Part shown: positions 37,077 to 50,655 of the stretch, piece after piece
Position numbering within the stretch: position 1 is the first letter of the stretch
Layout of the letters: each line of letters starts with the position of its first letter
Source: an uncultured Phycisphaerales bacterium
GTDB taxonomy: Bacteria; Planctomycetota; Phycisphaerae; Tepidisphaerales; Tepidisphaeraceae
Direction of reading: 5' to 3'
NCBI GenBank assembly: GCA_963844715.1
Contig: CAWJPJ010000008.1
Location: forward strand, 672,001 to 736,000
Length of the DNA stretch: 64,000 nt
Notes under the pieces: model-generated
Databases searched by the model: none
Told to the model about the DNA's origin: nothing
The model's input: only the letters and a program-made list of their open reading frames with translations
Position numbers and translations under genes: made by a program

Positions 37077-37098
37077 ATCGCCCCGAGGAGTCGCCCGT

Positions 37099-37126
37099 TT
37101 GACACCCCCAACCCCCAGATTAGACT
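37099..37126 (+). promoter_or_regulatory. Putative sigma70-type promoter of eno
   Basis: TTGACA-16 nt-TAGACT. Confidence 0.5.
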
Positions 37127-37191
37127 AAAAATCCGGCGTCCGGCCCGACCGGGCGCCCTCGTTCAAGAAATCCCATAATTTCGTCCGATAA

Positions 37192-39095
<1,904 letters not shown>

Positions 39096-40442
39096 CGCGG
39101 CGTAGGCGCAGATTCGCCCCCTCATCCCCCAGCGCGATAATTCCAAACCCACCGGGATCATCAGCAGCGGGAGCATGAACATCCAATAACGGATCGTCTC
39201 CCCGGGAAGAATTCCCGTTAAATCCACAACCAGGATTTGTGCCAGGCAGAGAAGACAGAGCTTGAACTGCCAGGCACTTTTCGCATGTCGCCCCGGAAGG
39301 AAATAGTAGATCGCCAGTAAACAGCCGATCCAACCGGTCCCCATGGCGAAGCTATACAGATCCCACGGAATCGTCCCCGGCAAAGTGCGAAGCGGAAAAC
39401 CCGTGCTGGCGCACCACTGGCTCATCTTGATGTGTTCGGTATGCCACGCGGCTTTAAATGTGACGATTGCGTTGAAACCCGTCGCCAGCCAGAGGGCGAC
39501 ATAGAAAGCCGCAAGAACGATCAACGCCGCGGCGGCGTGCCACGCGATCCGGCCCAGGGCGCGGATTATTTCCCGGCCGGATTTTCAAAAACGTGATGCC
39601 CGCAAGAAAGACGATCAGCACCGCCGGGATATAGGCAAAGAAAAAAGTCCCCGCGAGGGAAAAGCCGAACAAGAGCGAGAAGATCACCCGATCCGTTCTC
39701 ATCGCCATCGACCAGAGCAGGACGAGCAGCACCGTCACCGGCGGAAAAATCTGATCGGATGTCGGATAGATCAAAACAAGGGACGGGCACATGCCCAAAA
39801 AACCGGCTCCGCAAAACGCGGCATCGCGATCCTGCGTGAAATGCGCGATGAACAGGTAGCACGCCGGGACCGATAGCGCCGCCATCCCGGCGGTAATCAG
39901 GCCCACGATCGTCGGCGTCGCCGATCCCAGGCCGAATTGATTCACCAGCCAAAGACAAACCAGCCCCAGCCCCGGTGGCTTGTTATACGCATGCCCCATA
40001 GCAAAAGGCAAAATCACCGGATAATCCGTAAGGATCTTGGCGATACTCCAGCCGCTATTGTGAAACCGCACGCCTTCCGTGAGATATCCGCCGTTGGACG
40101 CGTTATTGACGGCCCAGCCGATCGCGCTGAAATCGTGAACCGGAAATTCGACCATCCGAAACGCAATCATCAATGCGAACGTCGAAGTGCAGAGCAACGC
40201 CAGCGCTGGCCATCTCGCCCCGGGGCGCCGCGCGTCAAGCCACTGGCCGAGAAAAAACGGCACGCCGCACGCGGCGGCGATTCCGTAGACGCTCGCCGAC
40301 GGCAGATGTGTCCAACTCCACAGCATGTAGCGCTGATCGTTCAGCCGCCAGTGGTGTCCGAAGACCGCCCAGACAAGAACGCCGGCGATGCCCAGCAAAA
40401 GCAGGAGTTTTACGGGGTTAGTTTTCCTGGCGACTGGCTCGG

Positions 40443-41745
40443 TCATGTCGATTGGCTCAGCTTGCGCGCAGCTCGAGGGCCTGCTGCTTACCCGTGATGC
40501 GCCCTCGAGCTGGGCATCGTACACGTCATGGAGGATTCGCTTGAAGACAGGCCCCGGCTGAAATCCGACAGCCGTGAGGTCGTCCCCCGTCAAAAGCGCC
40601 TCAGGCGCGTTCGCCTCGGTTTGCAAAGTTGCGAACTCCGCCTCGAGGGCCGCAATCCGATCCGACTCGATTCCAACCGAAGCCAAAGCGCCCATCAGCA
40701 GGCGGCTCGATTGTGAACTTGCCGTCGCCAGAAACCGTTTCTTTGTCGCCAGCGTCGGGGGATTTTTCTCCAGCTGCGGGCCGATGCTTTGCAGAATCTC
40801 CGAGGCCTCGTCCGATTCGCTGTTGCTCAGGCGCAGCGACTGCCGCATCGCTCGAATCGCCAGCGAGACTTCTTCGCGCGTCAAAAGTGACTGCACGGGT
40901 TTGCCAGGATCAGTCTGAATGCGCACGCACAATGTCGCCGCGGCGATCGCCAGTGAAAACGATGTCCCCTCGGCTGGCGCGATGCGCAGAAATATCGACC
41001 TGTCCAAGTCCATCCGCGCCGGCAGCCCCGGAAGAAATCGAAAAAGGATTTCCCCCAGCTCAAGCTGCCAAAGCAGCGGCCAGGCGAGGCCCCGAGTCGC
41101 CGGGGAAAACATCAATCGCAATTCGTCTCCGACTCGCTCGGGACTTATCCCCTTGAGTTGCGGAGCCGCGTCGCGGATGGCGTCGGCCGTCTTCGGCTCA
41201 ATTTGCAGCGAAAACCGCGCCGCAAAGCGCACCGCCCGCAACAGGCGCAGATGGTCCTCGGAAAATCGCTTCGCCGGATCTCCAATTGCCCGCAGCACGC
41301 GATTCTTCAGATCGGCTTGCCCGCCGACGTAATCGATCACCTTGTTTTCCAAAGGATCGAAAAACAGACCGTTGATCGTGAAATCGCGCCGCTGGGCGTC
41401 CTCCTCGGCGGTCGCGAATCGCACGCTCGAAGGCCGCCGCCCGTCCTCATAAGGCCCATCCGTCCGAAACGTGGCCACTTCGACGACGCTCTTGCCGTGC
41501 CGAACCAGGATCACGCCGAACGCCGCCCCCACGGCTTGAGTGTCCGAAAAAAGTCCCCGCACGCGCGGCGGCGGTGCATCCGTCGCGATGTCATAATCCT
41601 TTGGCTCCAGACCCAGTAGCGCGTCGCGCACGCTCCCCCCGGCGAAATACGCCTCATGTCCCGAATCGCGCAATCGCTTTAGCACCGCCAGCGCATCGGC
41701 CTGGCGGCAGGGGGGCTTGGGGCGAGGATCGGCAGGGGTGGTCAT
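40443..41745 (-). CDS. cca: CCA-adding tRNA nucleotidyltransferase, class II (frameshift near the 3' end)
   Basis: GGSVRD.LLG..PKDYDIAT; EVATFR; RRDFTING; EDHLRLLRAVRF; LLTGDDL...G..PGP; lacks the G[RK][RK]F poly(A)-polymerase signature. Confidence 0.85.
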
Positions 41746-41784
41746 CCGCCGCGACATCATATCAGGAGACGACGTGCGCTCTCT

Positions 41785-41905
41785 ACTCCCTCGCCCAGTC
41801 CTTCAGTTCCGGCACGGTGGGCGGGGGTGAGGGGCGGCGCTCGACGTTCGAAAATCGCCCCTCACCCATCCTGCGGAAACTAAACGAGGACGCGGGGAGA
41901 GGGGA
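41785..41905. repeat. Inverted pair of family-A variant REPs with no enclosed gene
   Basis: ...GGGGTGAGGGGCGGCGCTCGACGTTCGAAAATCGCCCCTCACCC...GGGGAGAGGGGA. Confidence 0.75.
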
Positions 41906-43979
41906 TAGATGGTGCGCGCCGAGATTTTGATGTACTGCCGAGGAGCATCTCCACGCACAACAGCAGCAACACCACCGCGATCGGCCCGCTCCATCGCGGC
42001 TGCGGGCGCGAGGCGTCGGCGATTCGCGCCTCGAGTTGCGCCGCCGATGGAGCGATGAGAAAATCCGCGGCTCGCCGGGGCAATTTCCGTGGCGGTGCGA
42101 TATTCCAGGTCGGCCTCAGCGGCGGGATATTGCACGTTTGAATACGCCACGATCTGGTCGCCCTGTTTCCAGACATAAATCCCCGGCACTTCCGCCGGCT
42201 CGGAAATCCACCGGCGGCCCTGCGCATCGCCCGTCTGCTCAATACGGTATGGCGTTCCATTCGGCGGATACAAATCCAGGGGGCCATCAAACGGCCCCGT
42301 CAAAATCAGGCGATGGCCGATCTCGACGTTCAATGCCTGATCTTCCGCCGGCGGCCGAAGGGCGCAGTTCACAAGCATCGGCAGGAAAAGCTCCGAGGCG
42401 GCTAGATTCCCATACAGCGGCGTCGGAAGCGTGTTCCAAAAATAGACCTGCCCGCTGCCGATCTTTCGCCTCGACAACAGAGGCCACGCGCCGCGCGCAG
42501 AATCGTCTGGACCGCCGGATCGGCGATCTGCATCGGCACGATCCGATCCAGCCGCAAGCCGCCGGATGCAGACTCGTCCGTTCCCACGCCGCTAAGAAGC
42601 GGATCATTCGGCCGGGAAACGGAACCGACATACGGCCCCGAATCCGGCGACATGACCGGGTCGCCAGGAAGAATGCTTTCGATTAGTTGCCGCTGTTCCG
42701 TCGGCAAAGCCGCCCATTCCTGTTCCAACCCGGGCTGGGCGAATAAAACCAGCGTGCCGCCCTGACGCACAAAATCACTCAACTCATGAACCCGGGTGTC
42801 ATCCGGCCATTGCGTCAGATTCCCGACCAGCAAATCCTCATCCCCATGCACGGGCCCGGCCGCTCGCAATGCGATCGGCCAATCCGGCTGACTCCCCTGG
42901 CTCGGGTCCAACGCCAGCCGAACGATTTCATCCGCCTGATTATCACTTGGCCCCAGCGTCAAAATCTGCGCCACCGCCGGCGGAGGGAGATGGATCAATT
43001 GCGATCGCTGTGCCGCCCAACCCAGCCGGTCGGGCGTCGCCAGGGAAGCGGTCAGCAAAATCCACCGCGATCCGGAAAACGTCAGCGGCGCTCGCAATGT
43101 CGCGCGTCCCGAACCGTCGAGATGCGCCATCGGCAGATCAGCAGCGGGCACCGGTGCCCCGGAATCCAACTGGCGGCTGGTGAGATTCACCGCCACCGAT
43201 TCATTCGTGCGCCCCATCACGTCGATCACAACCTGCGCGCCGATCCCAACCCGCGGCTGCGATGGATCGGTCCGAACCCCCAAAATCGCCGACGATGACG
43301 CATTTTTCGGATGCAGGTCGATCAGCGCCGTTCGAACCCCAGGAATGGCCGTCAAAGGCGCGGGAAATTCCCGGCTTTGAAGATCGCTCACGATCACCAG
43401 CCATTTCTGATCCTCGTTGCGCTGTTTCAATGCCTCAGCGGCCGCCGCGATTCGATCCGCCAGAGGCGACAGCGCCGGCTGAAGCGAAAGCATCTTCCAA
43501 TTCGCCAAACACGCCTCGGCGGATTCAAATCGCTCGGCGCTGGGATTCGTCCGGCTCGTGAAAACCGCCACCCGCGCATTTTGCAGGTTCTGTGAAAGAA
43601 TCTGATTCACAGTCTGGTCGGCTTTGCCGAGCAACGACGTCCCGCCGTCGCGCAGCGCCATCGAGTAACTGGTATCGACGACAATTGCCGCCGCTACGGA
43701 CGCGTTCGCCGACCAATTCGCCGCCAGCTTCCGCGCCGGCTGGGCAATCGCCCAGATAAGAAGGGCAAGCAAAGCCGTCCGGCATCCCAAAAGGACCCAC
43801 CGCCGCACGCGCCGCCGGCCGGCGGTCTGCCGCAGGCTGCTCCTTACGAACCGCAACGTGCTGAACGGAACCACCGGCGATTTGGATCGCACCACCAGGT
43901 GGATCAGAATCGGCAGCGCCGCCACCGGCAGCGCCCATAACGCGGCCGAGAAAAGGAAATTCAAGCCAAATAAATTCAC
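41880..43979 (-). CDS. Second BatA + vWA domain membrane protein (frameshifts near 42480 and 42070; 3' end approximate)
   Basis: PILIHL...F.TLRF...AQP; VVDTSYSM; IVSDLQ; C-terminal TM LL.VEMLL. Confidence 0.8.
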
Positions 43980-43982
43980 GGG

Positions 43983-44858
43983 TTATTTCCGCGCCCCCAG
44001 CCAGCGAACCAGCGCCGTCGCATAAGGCTGATCGACGAAGAACGACTGATATTCCACTTCCGAATCGCTGCACGCCCGGCGGATTTCCGTCAGATATTCC
44101 CGCACCTGCGCCAGGTACTCCTGCCGCAATTCCCCCGGCTCGATCTGAAGCTTCTCATCGGTTTCCAAATCCAAAAGCGTGACGCGCCGATCGAAGGGGA
44201 ACTCCGTCTCCGCGCGGTCCAAGAGATGCAGGACGATCGCCTGATGTTGCCGCCGGCGCAGATGCTGAAGCGACGCCGCGAATTGCCGCGGATCGATCCA
44301 CAAGTCGCTCACCAGCATGACCAGGCTTCGGCGCGGAAGCCTCTCCGCCAGTCCGTGCAATTGCGCGGCCAAATCCGTTCCCTTGCCCGGTTCAAGCTTT
44401 TCCAATTCCACAAAGACGCGGTCGAGATGTGCCGCGGACGATGCCGCTGATATCTCGACGCGGATCGAATCGTCAATCGCCGCCAACCCCGCTAAATCCT
44501 GCTGCGCCGCCAGAAGATAAGCCAGGCACGCGGCCAGGTGCTTTGCGTAATCCAGTTTCCCGGCAAATTTCATGCTGGCGCTGTTGTCCAGCACGATCAT
44601 CGCACGCAGGTTCGTCTCCTGCTCGTAGAGTTTGATGTAGTGCCGATCGGAGCGCGCGTAGACCTTCCAGTCGAGATGCCGAATTTCGTCGCCCGGCACG
44701 TAATTTCGATGCTCGGAGAATTCGACGGAGAACCCGCGATGCGGGCTTTTGTGAAGTCCGGTGATGATCCCCTCGACGACCTGCCGCGCGACGAAATGGA
44801 GCCGGGCGATTCGAGCCGCGTCCCCGGGCGAAAAATAGGCGTAGCGATGAACCGGCAT
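43983..44858 (-). CDS. Second DUF58 domain protein
   Basis: GLHKSPHRGFSVEFSEHRNYVPGDEIRHLDWK; YEQET; DNSASM; VSD. Confidence 0.92.
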   Translation of the reverse strand: MPVHRYAYFSPGDAARIARLHFVARQVVEGIITGLHKSPHRGFSVEFSEHRNYVPGDEIRHLDWKVYARSDRHYIKLYEQETNLRAMIVLDNSASMKFAGKLDYAKHLAACLAYLLAAQQDLAGLAAIDDSIRVEISAASSAAHLDRVFVELEKLEPGKGTDLAAQLHGLAERLPRRSLVMLVSDLWIDPRQFAASLQHLRRRQHQAIVLHLLDRAETEFPFDRRVTLLDLETDEKLQIEPGELRQEYLAQVREYLTEIRRACSDSEVEYQSFFVDQPYATALVRWLGARK

Positions 44859-44868
44859 AAGCGAGCTT

Positions 44869-45426
44869 TCACGAATGCGCGAGCAATTCGATCCGCATCC
44901 CGCCGTAATCGCGAACATCGTAACGGCGCAAACCAGGCAGTTCCACGTTGTCTGCGACTTCGTGACGAAAGACCACGATGCCGCTCGGAGACAAATGCTT
45001 GCCGACCAGAAACGAGGCCAGAGTCGAAATGGAATCCGGCTTTTCCCGCGTCATCCCATAAGGCGGATCGAGGAAGATCAAATCGATCGGTTCCGCGCAG
45101 GACGGGGCATCCGCCGCCCATAAAAAGATATCCTCGGCGATCACCTGGGCTCGATTCTCAAGATTCAACGCATGGAGATTCTGCCGCAGGAGGCTGATGG
45201 CGGATCGATCGGATTCAAAAAACGTCGCGAACCGGCATCCGCGGCTCAAGGATTCCAATCCCAGACTCCCCGTCCCCGCGAAGCAATCGTAAACCAGCGC
45301 CCCCTCGATCCGAGGGGCCAAAACGTCAAACAGGGACTGTTTGGCCCGATCGGTAATCGGCCGGGTCACCATCGAATCCGGGGGAAGGATTTTCCGCCCG
45401 CGAAGCTCGCCCGCAATGATGCGCAT
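44869..45426 (-). CDS. rsmD: 16S rRNA m2G966 methyltransferase
   Basis: MRIIAGE.RGR; TRP.TDR....LF; D.FAGTGSLGLE.LSRG; DLIFLDPPY. Confidence 0.92.
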   Translation of the reverse strand: MRIIAGELRGRKILPPDSMVTRPITDRAKQSLFDVLAPRIEGALVYDCFAGTGSLGLESLSRGCRFATFFESDRSAISLLRQNLHALNLENRAQVIAEDIFLWAADAPSCAEPIDLIFLDPPYGMTREKPDSISTLASFLVGKHLSPSGIVVFRHEVADNVELPGLRRYDVRDYGGMRIELLAHS

Positions 45427-45502
45427 TTGCGCCAATCTAGCCTCCCCCCGCGGTGTTTGGCTACAATCGGCTCAGACGCACAGCGCGACCGCAGTCTCCT
45501 TT

Positions 45503-45607
45503 ACCCCCTCTCCCTGTACTCGGGGGGAGGGCCGGGGTGGGGGTTCTTTCGGTTGCGGTGGGAATGCCCCTCACCCTAACCCTCTCCCCGAGTACAGGGA
45601 GAGGGGA
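45503..45607. repeat. Inverted pair of family-A REPs with no enclosed gene, in the rsmD/HYExAFE divergent region
   Basis: CCCTCTCCCTGTACTCGGGGGGAGGGCCGGGGTGGGGG ... CCCCTCACCCTAACCCTCTCCCCGAGTACAGGGAGAGGGG. Confidence 0.85.
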
Positions 45608-45643
45608 TGAGAAGAATGAGTTCGCCCCGTCGGGAGGATCGCC

Positions 45644-46141
45644 TTGGCCCTTCGCAAGATCCACTATGAAGCCGCCTTCGAGGCGTTTTTGCGCGACCGC
45701 AAAATCCCCTACGTCGCGGTCGACGAAGCCAAGCGCGCCCTCTTCGCCAACGCCCGGCTCAAATCCTTCGATTTCGTCGTCTATAGCAAACAAGGCCCGA
45801 ACCTGCTGGTCGACGTGAAGGGAAGGAAGGGAAAAAAGCAGCCCGGGCGCGGGACCTTTGAAACCTGGACAACCGAGCGCGACGTCACCGATCTCATGCA
45901 ATGGGAAGAAGTCTTCGGCGACGATTTCAAGGCCGTATTGATGTTCGTCTATTGGATCGACGCCCCCCTTTCCCCCGAAACCGGCATGTTTGAATACCAA
46001 AACCGCTGGTATTGGCTCATGGGAATCGATCTTGGCGAATATCGCAATCACATGCGCCGGCGCAGCCCGAAATGGGAGACGGTTTGCCTGCCCGCCAAGG
46101 AATTTCGCTCGCTTGCCCGCCCGATGGAAAGCTGGTTATGA
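45644..46141 (+). CDS. HYExAFE-family protein (PD-(D/E)xK-like)
   Basis: HYEAAFE; YVAVDE; SFDFVV; LLVDVKGRK; GGAGG RBS. Confidence 0.8.
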   Translation: MALRKIHYEAAFEAFLRDRKIPYVAVDEAKRALFANARLKSFDFVVYSKQGPNLLVDVKGRKGKKQPGRGTFETWTTERDVTDLMQWEEVFGDDFKAVLMFVYWIDAPLSPETGMFEYQNRWYWLMGIDLGEYRNHMRRRSPKWETVCLPAKEFRSLARPMESWL

Positions 46142-46375
46142 TGAGGAAGATGCGAAAGCTGGCACTGGCGGTCGTCTTTTTGTCCGTCGTGCTCACGCCT
46201 CTGGTGGGTTGGGCGGACGAGCCGGTCGTGGTGGATGGCCGCCTTGAATCTTTTGATCGCAACGTCACGCTCGCGCCAAGCGGAACCGCGGCTGCTTTGG
46301 ATTCTGATGTTCGTCCTGGCCGTGATCACCCTCATCCCCCTCTTCAAAAATGCGCGGCGATCTCACCTGGATTAA
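46138..46375 (+). CDS. Small membrane protein (frameshift near 46290)
   Basis: Signal-like N-terminus, DGRLE, then TM and FKNARRSHLD* in the alternative frame. Confidence 0.5.
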
Positions 46376-46405
46376 TTCGTCTAAAACCCAAAACTGGAGG
46401 CACCG

Positions 46406-46693
46406 ATGAAGTCCAAATTGCTCTGGGGCTTGATAGGCCTCAACGCGGTCCTGGTGTTCATGCTGGCCGGAAATATTCGAACCCAACCGGCCGAGGCTCA
46501 AATCCACCGCCCGGCGGATTACCTGATGATCCCCTGCCAATTTCAGGAGGGAATCTCCGAGGGAGTCTGCATCGTCGACTCCACCAGCGGAATGCTGGGC
46601 GCAATCACCTATGACGATGGAAACCGGGTTCTGTCGGTCCAGCCGCCGATCAGCCTGACCAACGTTTTCAGCGCGGCTGCCCCGCAACGATAA
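46406..46693 (+). CDS. Small N-anchored hypothetical protein
   Basis: GGAGG RBS; N-terminal hydrophobic helix; similar to the next gene. Confidence 0.7.
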   Translation: MKSKLLWGLIGLNAVLVFMLAGNIRTQPAEAQIHRPADYLMIPCQFQEGISEGVCIVDSTSGMLGAITYDDGNRVLSVQPPISLTNVFSAAAPQR

Positions 46694-46722
46694 ACCATTC
46701 ACTTTATTAACGAGATGAAATC

Positions 46723-46988
46723 ATGGACCGAAAACTTATCGCAATTTGCATGTTGAGCCTCAGTGCCATGGCGCTGATGATCGCGAACTTCAGCATTCCC
46801 GCCCAGGCGTCGACGACCACCAACAGTCGCGACTACCAGCTCTCGACCGCCCTGATGCAGAACGGCTCCGAAGGGCTCTACGTCCTGGATAACCGCACCG
46901 GCCTGATCGCGATCTTCACCTACGATTACAACACCCGCACGCTGCGCCGCGCGCCGTCCGTGCGGTCGCCGACGCGTTTAGACAATAA
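46723..46988 (+). CDS. Small N-anchored hypothetical protein, paralogous to 46406..46693 (frameshift near the 3' end)
   Basis: Shared DY.......G.SEG...D..G......YD pattern. Confidence 0.6.
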
Positions 46989-46995
46989 GAGGCCC

Positions 46996-48010
46996 ATGCA
47001 AGCCATCCGACACGACTGGACGAAACCTGAAATCCGCGACCTTTACGAGAAGGGCCTGCTCGATCTCGTCTTCAGCGCCGCCGCCTTGCATCGCAAGTTT
47101 CATGATCCCGCCGAAGTGCAGGTGTGCAAACTGATTTCGATCAAAACCGGCGCTTGCCCGGAGGATTGCGCGTATTGCGCAGTCTTCTCGATATCAAACC
47201 GAAGTTTCCGCGACCGGCCTCTTGCCTGCGCAGGAAGTGATGGAGATCGCCGCGCGGGCGAAGGCTTCCGGCGCCAGCCGGGTCTGCCTGGGCGCCGCCT
47301 GGCGCCAGGTGAAGGACAACGATCAGTTTGATCGCGTTTTGGAAATGGTCCGATCGATCACCGAAATGGACATGGAAGTCTGTTGCACGCTCGGGATGCT
47401 CACCGAGTCGCAGGCCAAGCGATTGGAAGAAGCCGGCCTCTACGCCTACAACCACAACATCGACACGTCCGAGGAGTTTTACGAAACGATCATCACCACC
47501 CGCAAATATGCCGACCGCTTGCGAACCCTCGAGCAGGTGCGAAAAACCAGCGTCACGGTTTGCAGCGGGGGGATCATCGGCATGGGCGAATCCGTCGAGG
47601 ATCGCATCGGCATGCTTCACACCCTGGCGACGATGAACCCGCATCCCGAATCCGTGCCCATCAACATCCTGGCCAAAGTCCCCGGCACTCCGCTCGCCGA
47701 CAAGCCCGAAGTGCCCATCTGGGAAACCGTGCGCATGATCGCGCTGGCCAGATTGCTGATGCCCGCCTCGGTCGTTCGCCTTTCGGCCGGGCGAGCCAAG
47801 CTGTCCGTCAGCGATCAGGCCCTCTGTTTCCTGGCCGGCGCCAACTCCATTTTTTCCAGCGACAACGGGCAAATGCTCACGATCGCCGTGCCCTCGCCCA
47901 AGTACGATGCGGATCTGGCCCTTTTGGATCTGCTCGGCTTGCATCCCCGCCCGGCTTTTAAGGATGAATCGGTAGACAGTTACGTCGACGCCGATGCCGC
48001 GAAGAAGTAA
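46996..48010 (+). CDS. bioB: Biotin synthase (frameshift near 47180)
   Basis: [61 protein letters not shown]. Confidence 0.95.
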
Positions 48011-48167
48011 TTAGGGGCCAACCCAATTTTGCAACGATTCGCTGCTGAAACTATCAAGTTCCACTCCGTCATTAAATCAGAAAAAGCTTGGGCTGGACCC
48101 GCCATTGGCGTTATTATCGGCCTCCCTGAATCGGGATCGTGGGTGATTCGCTTAGGAGGAAGAAACG

Positions 48168-49596
48168 ATGTTCTCAAATTATGTGTCGCGAGTTGGGCTG
48201 CCGCTTGCGAAGTTCTCCGTGATCGCCGCGGCTGCGTTCCTTCTTCCCGCGGGCCTGGTCTGGGCCGATCCGACTTTGCCGACGATTCCTTCGACCGTCT
48301 ATAACGTCACCGTTTCCAATTCGAGCATCAACGGCGGTGTCGCTGCCAGCGCGAGTTCCAGCGATAACTCCGCCGCGATCAACGCCTATATCGCCTTCGC
48401 CTCCGCCGGCGGCGGGGGCACCGTTGAAATTCCCGCCGGGACATTCAACACCAGCGAAATCACCATGGCCAGCAACGTCAATCTTCAAATCGACGCCGGG
48501 GGAGTTCTGTTCGACACCAATCCCGCCGCCACGCTCATTACCACACCGGGCACCACCACGAGCAATATCGAAATCAGCGGCGCCGGCGCCATCGACGGCG
48601 GGGCGACCACCGCCACCAGCGGCGCCGACCTGGTCATCCTCAAGAAAGTCACCAACCTGGAAGTGACCGGCGTAACAATAGAAAACGCGAGCCACGAACA
48701 CCTCGTCCCCGAAGAGGATTCGAACGTCACGATCAACCACATCACCATAGCCGACCCCGGCACCCTCACGGCCAACAGCGGGAATTATCTGGCCAACACC
48801 GACGGCATCGACTTCAGCGGAACCAATTTCCTCATCGAAAACAGCAGCATCAACGACGGCGATGACGACATCGTCGCCAAACCCGCTTCCACCGCGACAG
48901 CCAATGTCGTCATCAACAACGACACCATCGGCGCGGGCCACGGAATCTCCGTCGGCGGCGGGTCCGCCAAGGGCCTCTCCAACATGCTCGTTGAAAACAC
49001 CACCTTCAACGGCACGCAAAACGGAATCCGTATCAAGGCGGAGGACGCCTCCGGCGGCGACGCCGGCGGCGGCGTGATCGATCCGGTCACCGGCGTGACC
49101 TACGAAAACCTCACCATGACCGATGTGGAAAACCCGATCATCATTGACAGCTTCTACAACGGCAACAATAACTTCCCCACCAGCCCGACATCAGCGGCTT
49201 TCCTATCCCTCAACCCCCGGCGCACTGGATAGCACCAGCCCGGTCTTCGAAAACCTTCTTTTCAAAAACATCACCGCCACGGGTTCCGGCAACGGCGGAC
49301 AGATCTTCGGCCTCAATACCGATCCCTACAGCCTCTCCGGCCTGCAATTCGTGAACGTCAACATCAGCGCCGCCTCGGCGATGGAAATGTGGTACGCGGG
49401 CGACGTCGACATCGACGGCCTCGACGTCACGGTACCGAACACCGACCCCTTCGCCGACGCCAGCCCGTTCAACGGCGTTTCGCTCTTCAACGTGCAACTC
49501 GTTCCGCTGCCCGCCGCGGCGTGGATGGGAATGCCTATACTGGCGGGGCTGGCGGGGATGGAAATCCTCCGGCGGCGCAAGACGCGTCAGGCTTAG
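48168..49596 (+). CDS. GH28 polygalacturonase-family enzyme with VPLPA-type (PEP-CTERM-like) C-terminal anchor (frameshift near 49200)
   Basis: NTDG, GDD, GHG and RIK motifs all present; C-terminus VPLPAAAW-TM-RRRK. Confidence 0.88.
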
Positions 49597-49624
49597 ACGA
49601 AATAAATTCGGGATATCAATCGAA

Positions 49625-50313
49625 TCAGATTATCCGCGAGCCCGGCGCTCGGCGGATTCGCCGTCTGGCCAACAGCCCCGCGCACGCCAATCCAAACACC
49701 GAAACCGACGCCGGTTCCGGCACGGCGATTTCAATCCCATTCCCGGCTGTTCCCCCGGCCGTTTCGTCCAGCAGATAGGTCATGTCCAATTGCGTCGTGG
49801 TCGTGGACCAATGCCCATACCCGAAGGGTCCGGTCGGCCCATTGATGCCGACGAGGGAGATCGTGTCCGATCCGAGCCCGCTGACGTTTAGCAGCGACGA
49901 GCCGTTGACCTGCGTCCACGGATTTTGCGACGTGAGGATCGTGTCCTCAAAATTGGTGTAGGTTTCGGTGTTGTTGATCGTGATAAACTGCGGCTGGCTG
50001 AAGACCATCTGAACTTCCCACGTGTCGATCGAGGAGCCGGTGTCGGAGATTCCCATCAGCAACCCGCCGGTGGGGCTTTCGCTTCCTTGATTGCCCACGC
50101 CGGGAACGTATTGGCTGAGGGTCGCCGATCCGGCCACGGGGGAGGAAGCTTGTGAGACGGTAACGGTCCCGCCCGGATACGTGATATTGATGGGAAGCGA
50201 GGAAATGGAAGAAATCCCCGCGAAGTCGATCCAGGTTGTCGCGAACGCAGCGCGCACGCCAGTAAAACTGCCGGCAAAACAAACTTCAACGATAACCGCA
50301 CCGATGCCTCCAC
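49625..50313 (-). CDS. PEP-CTERM protein, hypothetical (frameshift in the signal peptide; start approximate)
   Basis: VPEPAS-TM-RRR C-terminus; Ser/Thr/Gly-rich body. Confidence 0.75.
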
Positions 50314-50655
50314 CCTACTGGCCGATCAAACTGACGAAACTTCCCTTTCTTCGAAACACTCCGACTCGCTGCAAGAAAAGAATAGGGAGATGCCGCCGGC
50401 ATCCAACGTGAATTCGGCTGATAAATCGGGCGCGGTTAATTATTTTTTTACGTCCAAATTGCGACGAGCCATACCAGCATTGCGACAGGCGAATTCAGAA
50501 TCGCCCGCTCGTTCTCGGACGCATTTTTCAGACCTGATGGGCGGGGAATGTTTATTTTGCGCGCACGGCTGCCCGGCAAAGCGCAGGCGCGATGAGAATT
50601 TGGGAGATATGATTATTGCGGATCGTAGTTGATATAGCCCCGGCCCCTCACCCTA

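Noticed and set aside
39454..41760. Apparent 768-aa fusion of CCA-adding enzyme with a membrane glycosyltransferase
   Set aside because: A frameshift near 40500 links them. The alternative frame gives a normal cca stop overlapping the next ATG (ATGA at 40443-40446).
46723..47331. Apparent fusion of a small secreted protein to the BioB N-terminus
   Set aside because: An indel near 46950 explains it. BioB has its own ATG at 46996 with a GAGG RBS.
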